From: Alphaproteobacteria bacterium
Lineage (GTDB): Bacteria; Pseudomonadota; Alphaproteobacteria; Rickettsiales; JADKJE01
NCBI GenBank assembly: GCA_016722515.1
Contig: JADKJE010000001.1
Coordinates: forward strand, 452,189-516,188
Length of the DNA stretch: 64,000 nt
Direction of reading: 5' to 3'
Shown: in pieces, positions 30,838-41,797 of the stretch
How positions within the stretch are numbered: position 1 is the first letter of the stretch
Layout of the letters: each line of letters starts with the position of its first letter
Made by a program: the position numbers and the translations under genes
Notes under the pieces: generated by a model
What the model saw: the letters and a program-made list of their open reading frames with translations, nothing else
Databases searched by the model: none
Told to the model about the DNA's origin: nothing

Positions 30838-32031
30838 TTACGCATGTTGTTTTAATTCTTGGTTTGCTCTCACCTCCGCCAGGTGGCGTTTAGTCAACTG
30901 CATGTGATACAATTGACGCCAGGCGGTGATGAATGTTTCGATGTCTTCACGGCAAGAAGCCGGCGTTAGGCTAATTCGTAGTGCTGTCTGTGCAATTTCT
31001 TTTGATATCCCCATCGCCAACAATACCGGCGAAACGTCTACTTTTCCTGATGAACACGCAGCTCCACTGCTTACCGCAATATTAGCCAAATCAAAATGGA
31101 TTAACTGGGTTTCATGTTTAACACCCGGCATCGTTAAGCAGCTCGTGTTAGGTAAACGCCATCGGTGCTGGCCAAACACTCTGGATTCTTTAGAAATCTC
31201 GGCAATACCCACTTCAAGCTGGTCTCTCAAACTTGCCAAATTTTGAAATAACGCTGTCGTTCTAACGAGATGGCTGCATGCCACACCAAAGCCTCTAATA
31301 GCAGCAACATTTTCAGTGCCGGCACGAAAACGCATTTCCTGGCCACCCCCCCATTGAATGGCATGTAACGGCACAGATTTTTGGAAAACCAGCGCAGCTA
31401 CCCCTTGCGTTGCCCCCATTTTATGTCCCGACAAGGTCATCATATCAACGCCAAGAACCTCTAAATCTACATCGATTTTGCCTACCGCTTGGCTGGCATC
31501 TGTATGCACAAACGCATTATATTTTCTGGCAATATCCACGACATCCGTCAATGGCTGTATCACACCTGTTTCATTATTGGCAAGCATCACCGAAACCAAT
31601 TTAATCGGTGCATCTGATGTAGCCAACGCGTCCTCCAACGCTTCAACGTTAATCACTCCTGTTTCTAAAACAGGAATAATCGTTTTTGCTCCTGTATGTT
31701 GGGCAGGCTGTAGAACCGATGTATGCTCAATAGCCGAAGCAAACACATGGGTTGCTTGACCTAAACCTCTTAAGGCCAGATTATTAGCTTCCGTACCGCA
31801 GGAGGTAAACACCACATGCGCCCCTTGAGCCCCAAGATATTGGCCTACCTGCGAACGGGCTTCTTCTATCACATACTTGGCATACGCCCCATATTGATGA
31901 ATAGACGACGGATTGAGCGGTCTGCGCAAATGCTCAACCACGGCATCCACGACTTCCGGTAAGGGAGCTAATGTAGCATTCGCATCTAAATAGATTGCTT
32001 TACTCAAATCAGCCATGGGTTGCTTCCTCAT
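30838..32031 (-). CDS. Second (NifS-like) class V cysteine desulfurase
   Basis: 397-aa ORF with TLSGHKMGATQG and SSGAACSSG. It lies in tandem with iscS. Confidence 0.85.
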   Translation of the reverse strand: MRKQPMADLSKAIYLDANATLAPLPEVVDAVVEHLRRPLNPSSIHQYGAYAKYVIEEARSQVGQYLGAQGAHVVFTSCGTEANNLALRGLGQATHVFASAIEHTSVLQPAQHTGAKTIIPVLETGVINVEALEDALATSDAPIKLVSVMLANNETGVIQPLTDVVDIARKYNAFVHTDASQAVGKIDVDLEVLGVDMMTLSGHKMGATQGVAALVFQKSVPLHAIQWGGGQEMRFRAGTENVAAIRGFGVACSHLVRTTALFQNLASLRDQLEVGIAEISKESRVFGQHRWRLPNTSCLTMPGVKHETQLIHFDLANIAVSSGAACSSGKVDVSPVLLAMGISKEIAQTALRISLTPASCREDIETFITAWRQLYHMQLTKRHLAEVRANQELKQHA

Positions 32032-32524
32032 GAAAATCAGGCACTAATGATACGTGTCTGTCGTGATTGATACCTTGAATTGTTTGTGGCGAATCAAGGC
32101 TACCAAATGGATCGATCCTTCGTTTGCACACATCTTCCAAACTAACCATCTTTAGATATCGGTAAATCTGATTGCCAAGCGCTTCCCATAAATCATGAGT
32201 CAGGCATTTGGCTTTTTCCTGCAAACAACCATCTCCCTTGGATTCACAGCGTACCATGGCAATTTCCTCTTCCACAGCACACATAATGTCGGATATCGAA
32301 ATGAGATGGGGTTCGCGGTTCAAGCGATAGCCTCCACCAGGTCCTCGGGTAGATAAAACAAGATCGTGCCTACGTAATTGGGCAAATATCTGCTCAAGGT
32401 AGGAAATTTGAATTTCTTGACGCACTGCAATATCCGCTAAGGTAATAGGCTGGCCACTTAGACCATTCTTGGTCAAATCAACCATTGCCATAACCGCATA
32501 ACGTCCACGTGTTGTCAGTCTCAT
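32009..32524 (-). CDS. iscR: Rrf2-family transcriptional regulator IscR
   Basis: 171-aa ORF with the MRLTTRGRYAVMAMVDL wHTH N-terminus. It has a Cys-x-Cys-x-Cys-x2-His-type ligand region (VRCESKGDGCLQEKAKCLTHDLW). Confidence 0.85.
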   Translation of the reverse strand: MRLTTRGRYAVMAMVDLTKNGLSGQPITLADIAVRQEIQISYLEQIFAQLRRHDLVLSTRGPGGGYRLNREPHLISISDIMCAVEEEIAMVRCESKGDGCLQEKAKCLTHDLWEALGNQIYRYLKMVSLEDVCKRRIDPFGSLDSPQTIQGINHDRHVSLVPDFHEEATHG

Positions 32525-32531
32525 AAAAGCC

Positions 32532-33245
32532 CTATTGATTCTTCCCGCTGTCTTTTGATACGGAATGCTCGATAGATCGGTATGCTTCCAGTTCTTCGAG
32601 CCGTTGACATAACAGCGCTATTTCTTTTTTAACATTATCCAGCAATTGCTGCGATGGATCCCCCATCGATCCGTGAATCAAACCATAAGCATCAAGCTTA
32701 TCCTCTTCATCATTCGCGGGTTTGCATTTTTCGACTGGCTTGGCGGGGATACCCACCATGGCCATACCATCAGCGACATCCTTAACAACAACGGCGTTAG
32801 CACCTATTCTTGCTCCTGAACCGATATGGATGGGTCCTAAACATTTGGCACCAGCCCCAATCACCACATGATTTCCTACCTGCGGATGGCGCAAAGACCC
32901 TTTTTCTGCGACTGCAGAAGTACCACCTAATGTAACTCCATGATAGATAGTAACATCATCACCTACTTTTGAGGTTTCACCAATCACCACTCCCATACCA
33001 TGATCGATAAAAATATGACGCCCCAATACCGCACCTGGATGAATTTCAATCCCCGTAAACATTCGCGACACATGAGCCAGCAACCTGGCTAACAAAAGCA
33101 GTTTCCATTTCCACAAGCGATGAGCCACGCGATGAAAGAACACAGCATGGAACCCGGGATAGCAAAGTATCACCTCAAGCCGCGACCGCGCAGCCGGATC
33201 CCGGTGATAAATAGAGTTAATATCTTCGACAATGCGTTTAAACAT
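32532..33245 (-). CDS. cysE: Serine O-acetyltransferase
   Basis: 237-aa ORF with the N-terminal SATase helix domain (DPAARS..EV...YPGF.A) and left-handed beta-helix hexapeptide repeats. Confidence 0.88.
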   Translation of the reverse strand: MFKRIVEDINSIYHRDPAARSRLEVILCYPGFHAVFFHRVAHRLWKWKLLLLARLLAHVSRMFTGIEIHPGAVLGRHIFIDHGMGVVIGETSKVGDDVTIYHGVTLGGTSAVAEKGSLRHPQVGNHVVIGAGAKCLGPIHIGSGARIGANAVVVKDVADGMAMVGIPAKPVEKCKPANDEEDKLDAYGLIHGSMGDPSQQLLDNVKKEIALLCQRLEELEAYRSIEHSVSKDSGKNQ

Positions 33246-33501
33246 AAATACCTTTGCAATGAAAAACTTTGACTTTTGAATAAAAATCCGTACATTAGTC
33301 TGCCTTGCACGGTTTTGGAAACAAAGCTGTTATTGATGTTTTTCGCTGGGTCCAGATATATTTTTATAATAACCAAGCAAAATAGTCAAGAATTATAAGT
33401 TACAGAATCCCTTCCTTGACAGCATGAGGGGAATATGTTACGGATTTTTGACAATTGGTTGGGTTTTTATCAGTTTAAACGCGTGAGTGAAGGAAATAAA
33501 C

Positions 33502-34209
33502 ATGGCTGAGGTTATTATTCCAGGACCTGAGGGTCGTCTTGAAGGACGCTACCATCAATCGTCAATTAAAAGAGCGCCTGCCGCAGTTGTTCTACACCCG
33601 CATCCGCAGCATGGCGGAACCATGAATAATAAAGTAGCCTATAACCTCTACCATCAATTTGCCAATGCAGGTTATTCGGTCCTTCGCTTTAACTTTAGAG
33701 GTGTAGGCCGCTCTCAGGGTAAATATGATGAGGGTGTCGGTGAATTGGCCGATGCAGCTGCTGCACTTGATTGGTTACAAAATGAAACACCTGATGCAGG
33801 TTCTTACTGGGTAAGTGGATTTTCCTTTGGTGCCTGGATTGCGATGCAATTACTGATGCGACGCCCTGAAATTGAAGGATTTGTTTCTATTTCGCCTCCG
33901 GCACATAAATATGATTTCTCCTTTTTATCGCCGTGCCCTTCCCCAGGCCTTATTGTTCAAGGCGATGCTGACAGCGTCGTGGATGAAGAATATGTGGCTA
34001 AACTGGTTGATAAACTGGTCAAACAACGGCGTAATGGTGATTCGGATATCGAATATCATGTGATCGCTGGAGCCGACCATTTTTTCCGTGAACGGATGAA
34101 TGAGATGAATAAAACCATTCTGGAATATTTGTTGTCTAAGCAGGAAGATTCACCCAAAGAAAAGCCGGTGAAACGTGATCGCAGACGCAGGCAATTGCCA
34201 GTAGTTTAA
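33502..34209 (+). CDS. Alpha/beta hydrolase (COG2945-like)
   Basis: The ORF is 33487..34209. I prefer the ATG at 33502 (AAGGA 8 nt upstream). It has the nucleophile elbow GFSFGAW, GRLEGRYH near the N-terminus and a basic tail KRDRRRRQ. Confidence 0.75.
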   Translation: MAEVIIPGPEGRLEGRYHQSSIKRAPAAVVLHPHPQHGGTMNNKVAYNLYHQFANAGYSVLRFNFRGVGRSQGKYDEGVGELADAAAALDWLQNETPDAGSYWVSGFSFGAWIAMQLLMRRPEIEGFVSISPPAHKYDFSFLSPCPSPGLIVQGDADSVVDEEYVAKLVDKLVKQRRNGDSDIEYHVIAGADHFFRERMNEMNKTILEYLLSKQEDSPKEKPVKRDRRRRQLPVV

Positions 34210-34541
34210 GGGTTGATTATTAAGAATGATAAGGGTATGGGCTATTAACTTCTCGCGCATACACCTAGAATCTTAGTTAGGCTCGTATCAAAAATGGTTT
34301 TTTCCACCTATTTTTTAGCATTACATCCCCCCGGAAGTTCCAGACGCTTTCTTTTTGTTTGGAGCCATGATCAATCCAGTGGTAATTGGTTTCGTGACCA
34401 TGGATATTAGTTCGGGTTGACAATGCTTAAGATGACCATCGATTTGCTCAGCTGTACAGAAAATGCATCTATCTTTTCATATGCAACATCCTTTTGACTA
34501 TCTGTTTGAACAACAAACATCATAAGGTGTTGCACTTCATT

Positions 34542-35645
34542 TTACAGGCCGCATGTTCCATAATAAGCAGCACTGGTCACTGGAGTCTGCGCACCAGTCG
34601 TTTTCTCAAAGGTAATCGGCAAGCCCAATAAGCATCGCACCGCCAAATAACCGAAGGCCTGAGCCTCAAGACCATCACCATCCCACGCCACTTTTTCACA
34701 AGGATCGACTGGATGACCTAATAGTTGCCGCATGTGTTTAAGAATCGTTTCATTTAAACGCCCGCCCCCGCAGATCAACCACCGTTGGGGAACCTTTGGC
34801 ATGAGCTCCTGTGCCTTGCAGATAGCATGCGCAGTAAATGCAGTCATCGTGGCTACAGCATCCTGAAAAGGCAAACCATCCACCAAGGATTCTGCATCAA
34901 AGGTATGCCGATCAAGCGACTTAGGATAAGTCTGACTAAAATAAGCATGCTGCAATAATTGATCCAGAATCGGTTGATGAATGCGCCCTTTGGCAGCCGT
35001 TTCACCAAAATGGTCATACGTCTGCCCCGTATGTTTAAACATGATATCATCAATATGGGCATTTCCAGGACCGGTATCAAACGCAAGGATAACCCCGTCC
35101 TCATCGCTGCGATCAATATACGTCACATTGGCAACCCCACCAATATTAACGACTGCGACTGTTTTTTCTTTAAGATCCCGACACAAGGCTGCATGGTAGA
35201 CCGGAACCAGTGGAGCCCCCTGGCCTCCCGCAGCCATATCACTTCGTCTAAAATCTGCGATGACAGGGATTTTATGAGCTTGATAGATCTTAGCCGCATT
35301 CCCCATTTGCCAGGTTAAGCATTCTTGAGGACGGTGAATAATTGTCTGTCCTGGAAAGCCGATAACGTCAATATCTTGGCATGTTAATTTGGCCGATTCT
35401 AAAAGGACGTTAATCGCTTTAATGTGATAGCGTGTAACAACATCTTCCAAAAACAAAACATCTTCCTGCATGGGATTCTTGATTAGGGCACGCAACCGGC
35501 TTCTTAATTCATACTCGTACGGAAGAACGATACCAGGGTTACATTTAGAAACAGACACCCCATCGGTTTCAATCAACGCGACATCAACTCCATCCATAGA
35601 AGTCCCACTCATCAAACCAATGGCACGGTACATTTTTTTATCCAT
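34542..35645 (-). CDS. anmK: Anhydro-N-acetylmuramic acid kinase
   Basis: 367-aa ORF with GLMSGTSMDGVDVAL, NIGGVANVT and FDTGPGN motifs. Confidence 0.9.
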   Translation of the reverse strand: MDKKMYRAIGLMSGTSMDGVDVALIETDGVSVSKCNPGIVLPYEYELRSRLRALIKNPMQEDVLFLEDVVTRYHIKAINVLLESAKLTCQDIDVIGFPGQTIIHRPQECLTWQMGNAAKIYQAHKIPVIADFRRSDMAAGGQGAPLVPVYHAALCRDLKEKTVAVVNIGGVANVTYIDRSDEDGVILAFDTGPGNAHIDDIMFKHTGQTYDHFGETAAKGRIHQPILDQLLQHAYFSQTYPKSLDRHTFDAESLVDGLPFQDAVATMTAFTAHAICKAQELMPKVPQRWLICGGGRLNETILKHMRQLLGHPVDPCEKVAWDGDGLEAQAFGYLAVRCLLGLPITFEKTTGAQTPVTSAAYYGTCGL

Positions 35646-35658
35646 CGTTCACTCTTTT

Positions 35659-37143
35659 TCAACTTGCGTATTGCGGATAGAAGATACGGTGTTCTGGAAA
35701 TTTAGCCATCACCGTTGTTCCCAATCCTGGCGTACTTTCGATCACAAGCTTACCTTGATGCATTTCAAGCAGCATAATCGTCAGCGGTAACCCTAAGCCA
35801 CTGCCATCATAGCGTTTAGCCATCCCTGATTCAACCTGCCCAAAACGCCGTAATGCTTTGGATACATCTTCCTTACTCATACCAATACCGGTATCTCTAA
35901 TCACAATGCCCATTTCAACTTTGCCGGAATTTTCAATTTCAACTTTGATCTGGATATTCACCTCACCACCTTCTGGAGTAAATTTAACAGCATTGGTTAG
36001 CAGGTTAATAATGATTTGCTTAAATCGCAGGGGGTCAACAAATAAAAGTGGCAATTTAGGCTGAAATTCTGTCGTGATTTTAACTCTACCTTTAAAAGCC
36101 CTGTCCGCCACCAACTTGATACAGCGCATAATCACATCTGGAACACTCACATGCTCTTCGGTGATATCGATACTGCCGGCTTCGGCTTTTGAAAGGTCTA
36201 ATATGTCATTGATAAGATTCAATAAATGTTTCCCCGATATATTAATATCCATGGCATATTCAAGATATTTTTCATTGGTCAATGGCCCCATCATCTCGTT
36301 TTTAATAATTTCAGAAAAATTAATAATAGCATTCAAAGGCGTTCTGAGCTCATGACTCATATTTGCCAAAAATTCTGATTTTGATTTATTCGATTCTTCT
36401 GCGGTAATTTTAGCCTGGAGCAGTTCCTGGGTCCTTTCTTTCAACGCTGTATCCCGTTCCTCTACCTTGCTCACCATGGTATTAAAACTATCAACCAGGA
36501 TTGAGATATCATCATCCGAACGCGTACCAGGTGGCTTTTCAGCTCGAATCGTTAAATCACTGGTTTCAGAAATGCGTTCTGCGGTTTGAACCATTGAATG
36601 GATAGGCTTGGAGATTGTTTTTTGGAACCACAGTGCCAGCATATACGAAACAAATAACACGTTAAAAATAACAGCAATTACCAGTTCGATTTGCTTGAAA
36701 AAATAACGTTGTAACGGCTCTAAACTCTTTTCAACGAAGAGCATCCCCACCGTTTCATTATTAAGGGTCATTAATTCATAAATCTGAATAAAATTATCAG
36801 TGACTATAATTTTAGGAACCATGCCTATCGGGCAGGTTTGCCTTACGATTTTAGGATTAAAATAACTTGCATATACACGTCCATTATCGCCAATCACACA
36901 CGAGCGCATAATGGTTGGATCTTGAAAAAGCACTTGCAAACTTTCACTGGCAAATGCCCCCACATTTTGATCAGCAATAACACGCGCAAGTGTTTTAGCT
37001 TCGGTAATATAATTCTCTTTTGCATGCTGGATCGAAATGCACAACATCAACGTCGCTGTCATAACGATGGCAAACGTGCTTACCGTCATAATAACAGCTA
37101 GAAGTCTTGAACGAGTTGACAATTTAAAAAACAAGCTACCCAT
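35659..37143 (-). CDS. Sensor histidine kinase (two TM segments, HAMP, HisKA, HATPase_c), orphan
   Basis: 494-aa ORF with the H-box SHELRTPLNAI, N-box LLTNAVKFT, G1 DTGIGM and G2 GSGLGL. No response regulator lies adjacent. Confidence 0.88.
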   Translation of the reverse strand: MGSLFFKLSTRSRLLAVIMTVSTFAIVMTATLMLCISIQHAKENYITEAKTLARVIADQNVGAFASESLQVLFQDPTIMRSCVIGDNGRVYASYFNPKIVRQTCPIGMVPKIIVTDNFIQIYELMTLNNETVGMLFVEKSLEPLQRYFFKQIELVIAVIFNVLFVSYMLALWFQKTISKPIHSMVQTAERISETSDLTIRAEKPPGTRSDDDISILVDSFNTMVSKVEERDTALKERTQELLQAKITAEESNKSKSEFLANMSHELRTPLNAIINFSEIIKNEMMGPLTNEKYLEYAMDINISGKHLLNLINDILDLSKAEAGSIDITEEHVSVPDVIMRCIKLVADRAFKGRVKITTEFQPKLPLLFVDPLRFKQIIINLLTNAVKFTPEGGEVNIQIKVEIENSGKVEMGIVIRDTGIGMSKEDVSKALRRFGQVESGMAKRYDGSGLGLPLTIMLLEMHQGKLVIESTPGLGTTVMAKFPEHRIFYPQYAS

Positions 37144-37424
37144 GCACCCACAAACTTATAAGTTTCTTTAGCACATCATTCACCGGCCCTACTTAGAATT
37201 GATAAGGATAATGCGCCTGGTGTATTTTAGCTGTATATTGATCGTTTAGAAAGAACTTTGTTGAAATTTTATGACAAAGCACTGATTCTTTAAAGATTTT
37301 TAACTGTATTTTTTCAGGATAAGGGAAGCCAAACAAAATTTAGTTGATTAAGGAATGTACCATTAACTTGCACCTCAGGGGCACTTTGATGTATAATCAA
37401 TCCAACTTTACATAAGGAAACATT

Positions 37425-38174
37425 ATGGCTACTCCTACCCCTATTGAATCTTCTCATCTTTCTGCCGTAGCAGGATCCAGTGTTAATCACGGTGCTGCGG
37501 ACATGTCATTTCTAACAATGATTATGAATGCGGATATTATCGTTCAATTCGTGATGTTGCTACTCATCATTAGCTCTATCTGGTCGTGGTCTATTATTTT
37601 CGATAAATATATGCGTTTTCGTACGCTGAAAGATAAAACATCAAAATTTGAAAAAGTTTTCTGGTCAGGCCAACCACTGGAAAATCTTTACGAAAGGGTT
37701 AAAACCTTTGCTGACAATCCCTTTGCTATGGTATTCGTTGCTGCTATGGAAGAATGGAAACGAAACAATCAACCCATGCAGCAGGATTCTGCACTTCGTT
37801 CAGGGGTTAAAGAGCGCATCTTTCGCGCAATGCAGGTGGCTACCAATCGCTCACTTGAACGTATCGAAAAACGGTTGAGCTTTCTGGCAACGGTTGGATC
37901 GTCTGCTACTTTCGTAGGATTGTTTGGTACCGTGTGGGGTATTATGAACAGCTTTAAATCGATTGCTGTCGCCAACAACACAAGTCTGGCAACTGTGGCT
38001 CCTGGTATTGCTGAGGCTTTGTTTGCAACAGCCGTCGGCTTATTTGCAGCTATTCCAGCGGTTGTGTTCTATAATATGTTCAGTAACGAATTAAATAAAT
38101 TTATCATTCGTTTAGAAAATTTTACCCATGAGCTTGGCAGTTTATTGTCTCGTGATATTGACCAAAACCGATAA
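37425..38174 (+). CDS. tolQ: Tol-Pal system protein TolQ
   Basis: 249-aa ORF of the MotA/ExbB/TolQ family (LATVGSSATFVGLFGTVWGIM). It is the first gene of the tolQRAB-pal cluster. Confidence 0.9.
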   Translation: MATPTPIESSHLSAVAGSSVNHGAADMSFLTMIMNADIIVQFVMLLLIISSIWSWSIIFDKYMRFRTLKDKTSKFEKVFWSGQPLENLYERVKTFADNPFAMVFVAAMEEWKRNNQPMQQDSALRSGVKERIFRAMQVATNRSLERIEKRLSFLATVGSSATFVGLFGTVWGIMNSFKSIAVANNTSLATVAPGIAEALFATAVGLFAAIPAVVFYNMFSNELNKFIIRLENFTHELGSLLSRDIDQNR

Positions 38175-38191
38175 ACATTGAGAGATCCAAT

Positions 38192-38632
38192 ATGTCTATG
38201 CAACTTCCTTCTGGCAGCGTTAGTCGACACAATCGGCATACACACCATTTAAGTAACGAGATTAACGTCACTCCAATGGTCGACGTAATGCTCGTACTTC
38301 TGATTATTTTCATGGTAACGGCGCCTATGGTTGTGTCCGGCGTAAAAGTAGATTTACCAGACTCGGCTGCCAAAACCATTCCCGAAAAAACTGATCCACT
38401 TGAAATTTCAGTTACATCCAAGGGGAAAATTTACCTTCAGGATACACAGATACGCTTCGATGAACTGGTTCCCAAATTAGAAGCCATTACCAAGGCCAAT
38501 ACAGAAACCCGAATTTATATCCGTGGTGATCGCAAAGTCAATTATGGTATTGTTATGCAGGTTATTGGCGCTGTTAATGGTGCCGGCTTCAATAAAGTAG
38601 CCCTGTTAACTGAACCTAAACAGAACAACTAG
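38192..38632 (+). CDS. tolR: Tol-Pal system protein TolR
   Basis: 146-aa ORF of the ExbD/TolR family (INVTPMVDVMLVLLIIFM). Confidence 0.9.
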   Translation: MSMQLPSGSVSRHNRHTHHLSNEINVTPMVDVMLVLLIIFMVTAPMVVSGVKVDLPDSAAKTIPEKTDPLEISVTSKGKIYLQDTQIRFDELVPKLEAITKANTETRIYIRGDRKVNYGIVMQVIGAVNGAGFNKVALLTEPKQNN

Positions 38633-38646
38633 TTAGAGACTTAAGC

Positions 38647-39564
38647 ATGGAACGCAACCTCATTTATTCGTTATTGCTCCATGCCATTGTGCTTGTGTTT
38701 CTTATCTTCAAACTTCCATTCATTGAAGACAAAAAAGATATTACCGACGCTACAGCCTTCACCGTTGAATTAGTTCCTATTTCACAAATCACTAATCTGC
38801 CAAGTCAACCTACGCCGCCCAAACAGGAAGTGAAAGAAGAAAAAAAGCTCAAAAAAACAGAACCTAAAAAAGCACCACCCAAACCAAAACAGGCTCCTCC
38901 TCCGCCTCCATCGGCCAAACCCGCACCTAAGGAAACCAAGGTTGAGCAACCTAAACCTAAAGAAAAAGCCGAAGTTGCTAAACCTGAAGAAAAAAAGGAA
39001 AAGCCTAAAGAGGAAAAAAAGGAACCACCTAAAAAGGAAACTGAAAATCGTGAAAAGGTCGATAATGAATTCGATAACATGATGAAAAATTACCTTAAGG
39101 ATACCAAGGAACAACAGCCGGATAAAAAGCCAAGCCCTCCTCAGCCACAAGCACAGCCTGCCGCAGATCCCTATGAGCAAATGAAGGCCGCGATTGCTCA
39201 GGATGCTTTAAATCCTTATAATCCTAATATTCCTGTGTCTTTGAGTGAAAAAGATGGTCTCCGTCAGCAGTTTTACGAATGCTGGAAACCACTGGTTGGT
39301 TCAAAGCAAGCAGACTTATTATCTGTCAAAGTAGAAATTATTCTTGATCGAACCGGTTATGTGCGCAATTATAAGGTTCTAACACTATCTCCCCCACCAG
39401 GAGTTGATCCCACCTTGTATGGTGCGGCGCAACAACGTGCGATTATGGCTATTCAGAATGACGCCTGTCGTAAGTTACGCCAAATTCCATCACAAGAAAA
39501 ATACGGTGGTGATAATGGCTGGTGGAGAATTGAGCTAAACTTTGACCACTCTATATATTATTAA
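38647..39564 (+). CDS. tolA: TolA-like protein
   Basis: 305-aa ORF with an N-terminal TM, a Pro/Lys/Glu-rich spacer and a C-terminal globular domain. It sits between tolR and tolB. Confidence 0.75.
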   Translation: MERNLIYSLLLHAIVLVFLIFKLPFIEDKKDITDATAFTVELVPISQITNLPSQPTPPKQEVKEEKKLKKTEPKKAPPKPKQAPPPPPSAKPAPKETKVEQPKPKEKAEVAKPEEKKEKPKEEKKEPPKKETENREKVDNEFDNMMKNYLKDTKEQQPDKKPSPPQPQAQPAADPYEQMKAAIAQDALNPYNPNIPVSLSEKDGLRQQFYECWKPLVGSKQADLLSVKVEIILDRTGYVRNYKVLTLSPPPGVDPTLYGAAQQRAIMAIQNDACRKLRQIPSQEKYGGDNGWWRIELNFDHSIYY

Positions 39565-39579
39565 GCCGATGAGGACTTT

Positions 39580-40935
39580 ATGAATCTATCTAAACACCTA
39601 ATGCTCAAAACATTCTGCTTTCTTTCACTTGCTACCGCCATCGTGTACCCACAACCGTCACACGCTGTATTGCGTATTGATATTACGCAGGGTAAAATTG
39701 AACCGTTACCGGTAGCCATCACCGATCCGGTTGCAGGCCTGCCTAGCGATAGTCAGATGGGAAACGACATCATGAATGTTGTTAAAGCCGATCTTAAACG
39801 TTCTGGGCTCATTGCTCCGATTGATAAAGGAGCCTTCATTGAGCATATTACCTCTATCAATACCTATCCCAACTTTCCAAGCTGGAAACGTATTAATGCA
39901 AATGCTTTGGTTACCAGTTCGATTTCTACATTTGTTGATAAGTCGGGTGAGCCTGCCATTAAAATGGAATTCCGTCTATGGGATACCAATGGTGAAAAAC
40001 AGCTTGATGCAGCGTCACAAGTAACCAAGAGGGACAATTGGAGACGCCTAGCGCATAAAATCGCGGACTCAATCTATTCAAAATTAACGGGAGAACAACC
40101 TTATTTTGATTCACGTATTGTTTATATTGCTGAGTCTGTTGCTGGAAATCGCAAAGTTAAACGCTTGGCTATCATGGATCAAGATGGCGCTAACCACCGT
40201 TTATTAACAGGTGCTGAAACGCTCGTATTAACCCCGAGGTTTTCTCCCACCACCCATCAAATCACCTACTTGTCGTATGCCAATAACACGCCACGTGTTT
40301 ATTTACTCGATACCTTTACTGGACGTCAACGGTTAGTCGGTGATTTTCCTGGCATGACATTTGCTCCTCGTTTTTCTCCTGATGGAAAAAGCATTGTGAT
40401 GTCAGTTGCCGATCACGGAAACTCTGATATCTACAGCATGAATCTAGCTACGGGCCAAAGAATGCGCCTCACTAGCAGCCCAGCTATTGACACCTCCCCC
40501 TCTTACTCACCTGATGGGAAGCAGATTGTTTTCAACTCTGACCGTGGGGGCTCTCCTCAGCTTTATGTTATGAGTGCGAGTGGCGGCAATCAAACACGTA
40601 TCAGCTTTGGTAATGGCACAGCAGAAACTCCAGTATGGTCGCCTCGTGGAGACTTGATTGCATTTACTAAACGCTATCAAGGCGATTTCTATATTGGTGT
40701 CATGCGCCCTGATGGATCTGGTGAACGTCTTATTACGCGTGGATTCCTCGTTGAAGGCCCAACATGGGCACCCAATGGCCGCGTACTCATGTTTACCCGT
40801 GAAGAACGCAATCGCGGCAACTCGCCTAATTTAGCTCAGCTTTATTCAATCGATTTAACCGGTAATTTTGAGCAACGGGTTGAAATCCCCTACAGCGGAT
40901 CAGATCCTGCCTGGTCACCACTATTACCTAATTAA
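39580..40935 (+). CDS. tolB: Tol-Pal system beta-propeller protein TolB
   Basis: 451-aa ORF with a signal peptide and repeated P.FSPDG/P.WSP propeller blades. Confidence 0.92.
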   Translation: MNLSKHLMLKTFCFLSLATAIVYPQPSHAVLRIDITQGKIEPLPVAITDPVAGLPSDSQMGNDIMNVVKADLKRSGLIAPIDKGAFIEHITSINTYPNFPSWKRINANALVTSSISTFVDKSGEPAIKMEFRLWDTNGEKQLDAASQVTKRDNWRRLAHKIADSIYSKLTGEQPYFDSRIVYIAESVAGNRKVKRLAIMDQDGANHRLLTGAETLVLTPRFSPTTHQITYLSYANNTPRVYLLDTFTGRQRLVGDFPGMTFAPRFSPDGKSIVMSVADHGNSDIYSMNLATGQRMRLTSSPAIDTSPSYSPDGKQIVFNSDRGGSPQLYVMSASGGNQTRISFGNGTAETPVWSPRGDLIAFTKRYQGDFYIGVMRPDGSGERLITRGFLVEGPTWAPNGRVLMFTREERNRGNSPNLAQLYSIDLTGNFEQRVEIPYSGSDPAWSPLLPN

Positions 40936-40987
40936 ACGTTATGCGTCATCTTCCTATAGGGGAGATGTACGCATGTAAGCCACTACC

Positions 40988-41026
40988 AAAAAGGTGCAGC
41001 GTCAAAAATGCTGCACCTTTTTTTTG
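40988..41026 (+). terminator. Rho-independent terminator after tolB
   Basis: The stem arms AAGGTGCAGC (40991-41000) and GCTGCACCTT (41010-41019) enclose a 9-nt loop. A T7-8 run follows. Confidence 0.75.
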
Positions 41027-41204
41027 TTTATCTGTGGCATAAAATCAACAGTGTCAAAAAAAAATGATTTTGACGCACTTCTTGTTAGATCGCTCTTGCT
41101 ATTTTCTGTCATATCGCTTTAATGTTACCATATCTATCTATGGAGCATTGTGCTCTTTAACAGGTAGGTGAATTACATCACTACTTATAATTTTAGGAGG
41201 CTTT

Positions 41205-41714
41205 ATGCGCACATCAAAGGTGCTTTTACCAATCCTTGCAAGCGTTCTTCTCGTTGCTTGTACCTCAACCAAAAAAACTGATTCAGTTGGAGCAAGTTCA
41301 CCAAATGGTAGCGGAAACACTGGCGATTCGTCATCTGTTTTGGCTCCTTATCCTGGCGATAAAGCTGAATTAGGCAAAGACTTGCAAGACCGCGTATTTT
41401 TCGGTTTTAATTCTTCTGATTTAGACAGCACTTCTACTGCTATTTTAGAAAACCAAGCTCGTTGGTTGTCTGCTAACAAAAGCAAAAAAGTTGTTGTTGA
41501 AGGACATGCTGACGAACGCGGAACCCGGGAATTCAACCTTGCTCTTGGTGAGCGTCGTGCCAATGCGGTTAAAGAATACTTAACTGGTCATGGTGTTGAT
41601 TCTTCACGCGTAAAAACTATCTCTTATGGTAAAGAACGTCCTGCTGTTCAAGGTTCTAGCGAAGAATCTTGGGCTCAAAACCGCCGTTCTGTCTTAATCG
41701 AAGAGCAAAAATAG
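41205..41714 (+). CDS. pal: Peptidoglycan-associated lipoprotein Pal
   Basis: 169-aa ORF with the lipobox LLVAC and an OmpA_C domain (VVVEGHADERGTREFNLALGERRA). Confidence 0.9.
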   Translation: MRTSKVLLPILASVLLVACTSTKKTDSVGASSPNGSGNTGDSSSVLAPYPGDKAELGKDLQDRVFFGFNSSDLDSTSTAILENQARWLSANKSKKVVVEGHADERGTREFNLALGERRANAVKEYLTGHGVDSSRVKTISYGKERPAVQGSSEESWAQNRRSVLIEEQK

Positions 41715-41797
41715 TACTTGATAGTTGTATAACTTATAGTAAAATGCCGTCAGAGTTATAATGGATTCTTTAATTGTTAAAGACCTAAGGAGGTATT

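Noticed and set aside
38782-39180. Antisense ORFs (132 aa and 91 aa) rich in F/L/R/G opposite tolA
   Set aside because: They are mirror images of the Pro/Lys/Glu low-complexity tract of TolA, a typical artefact of repetitive codons.
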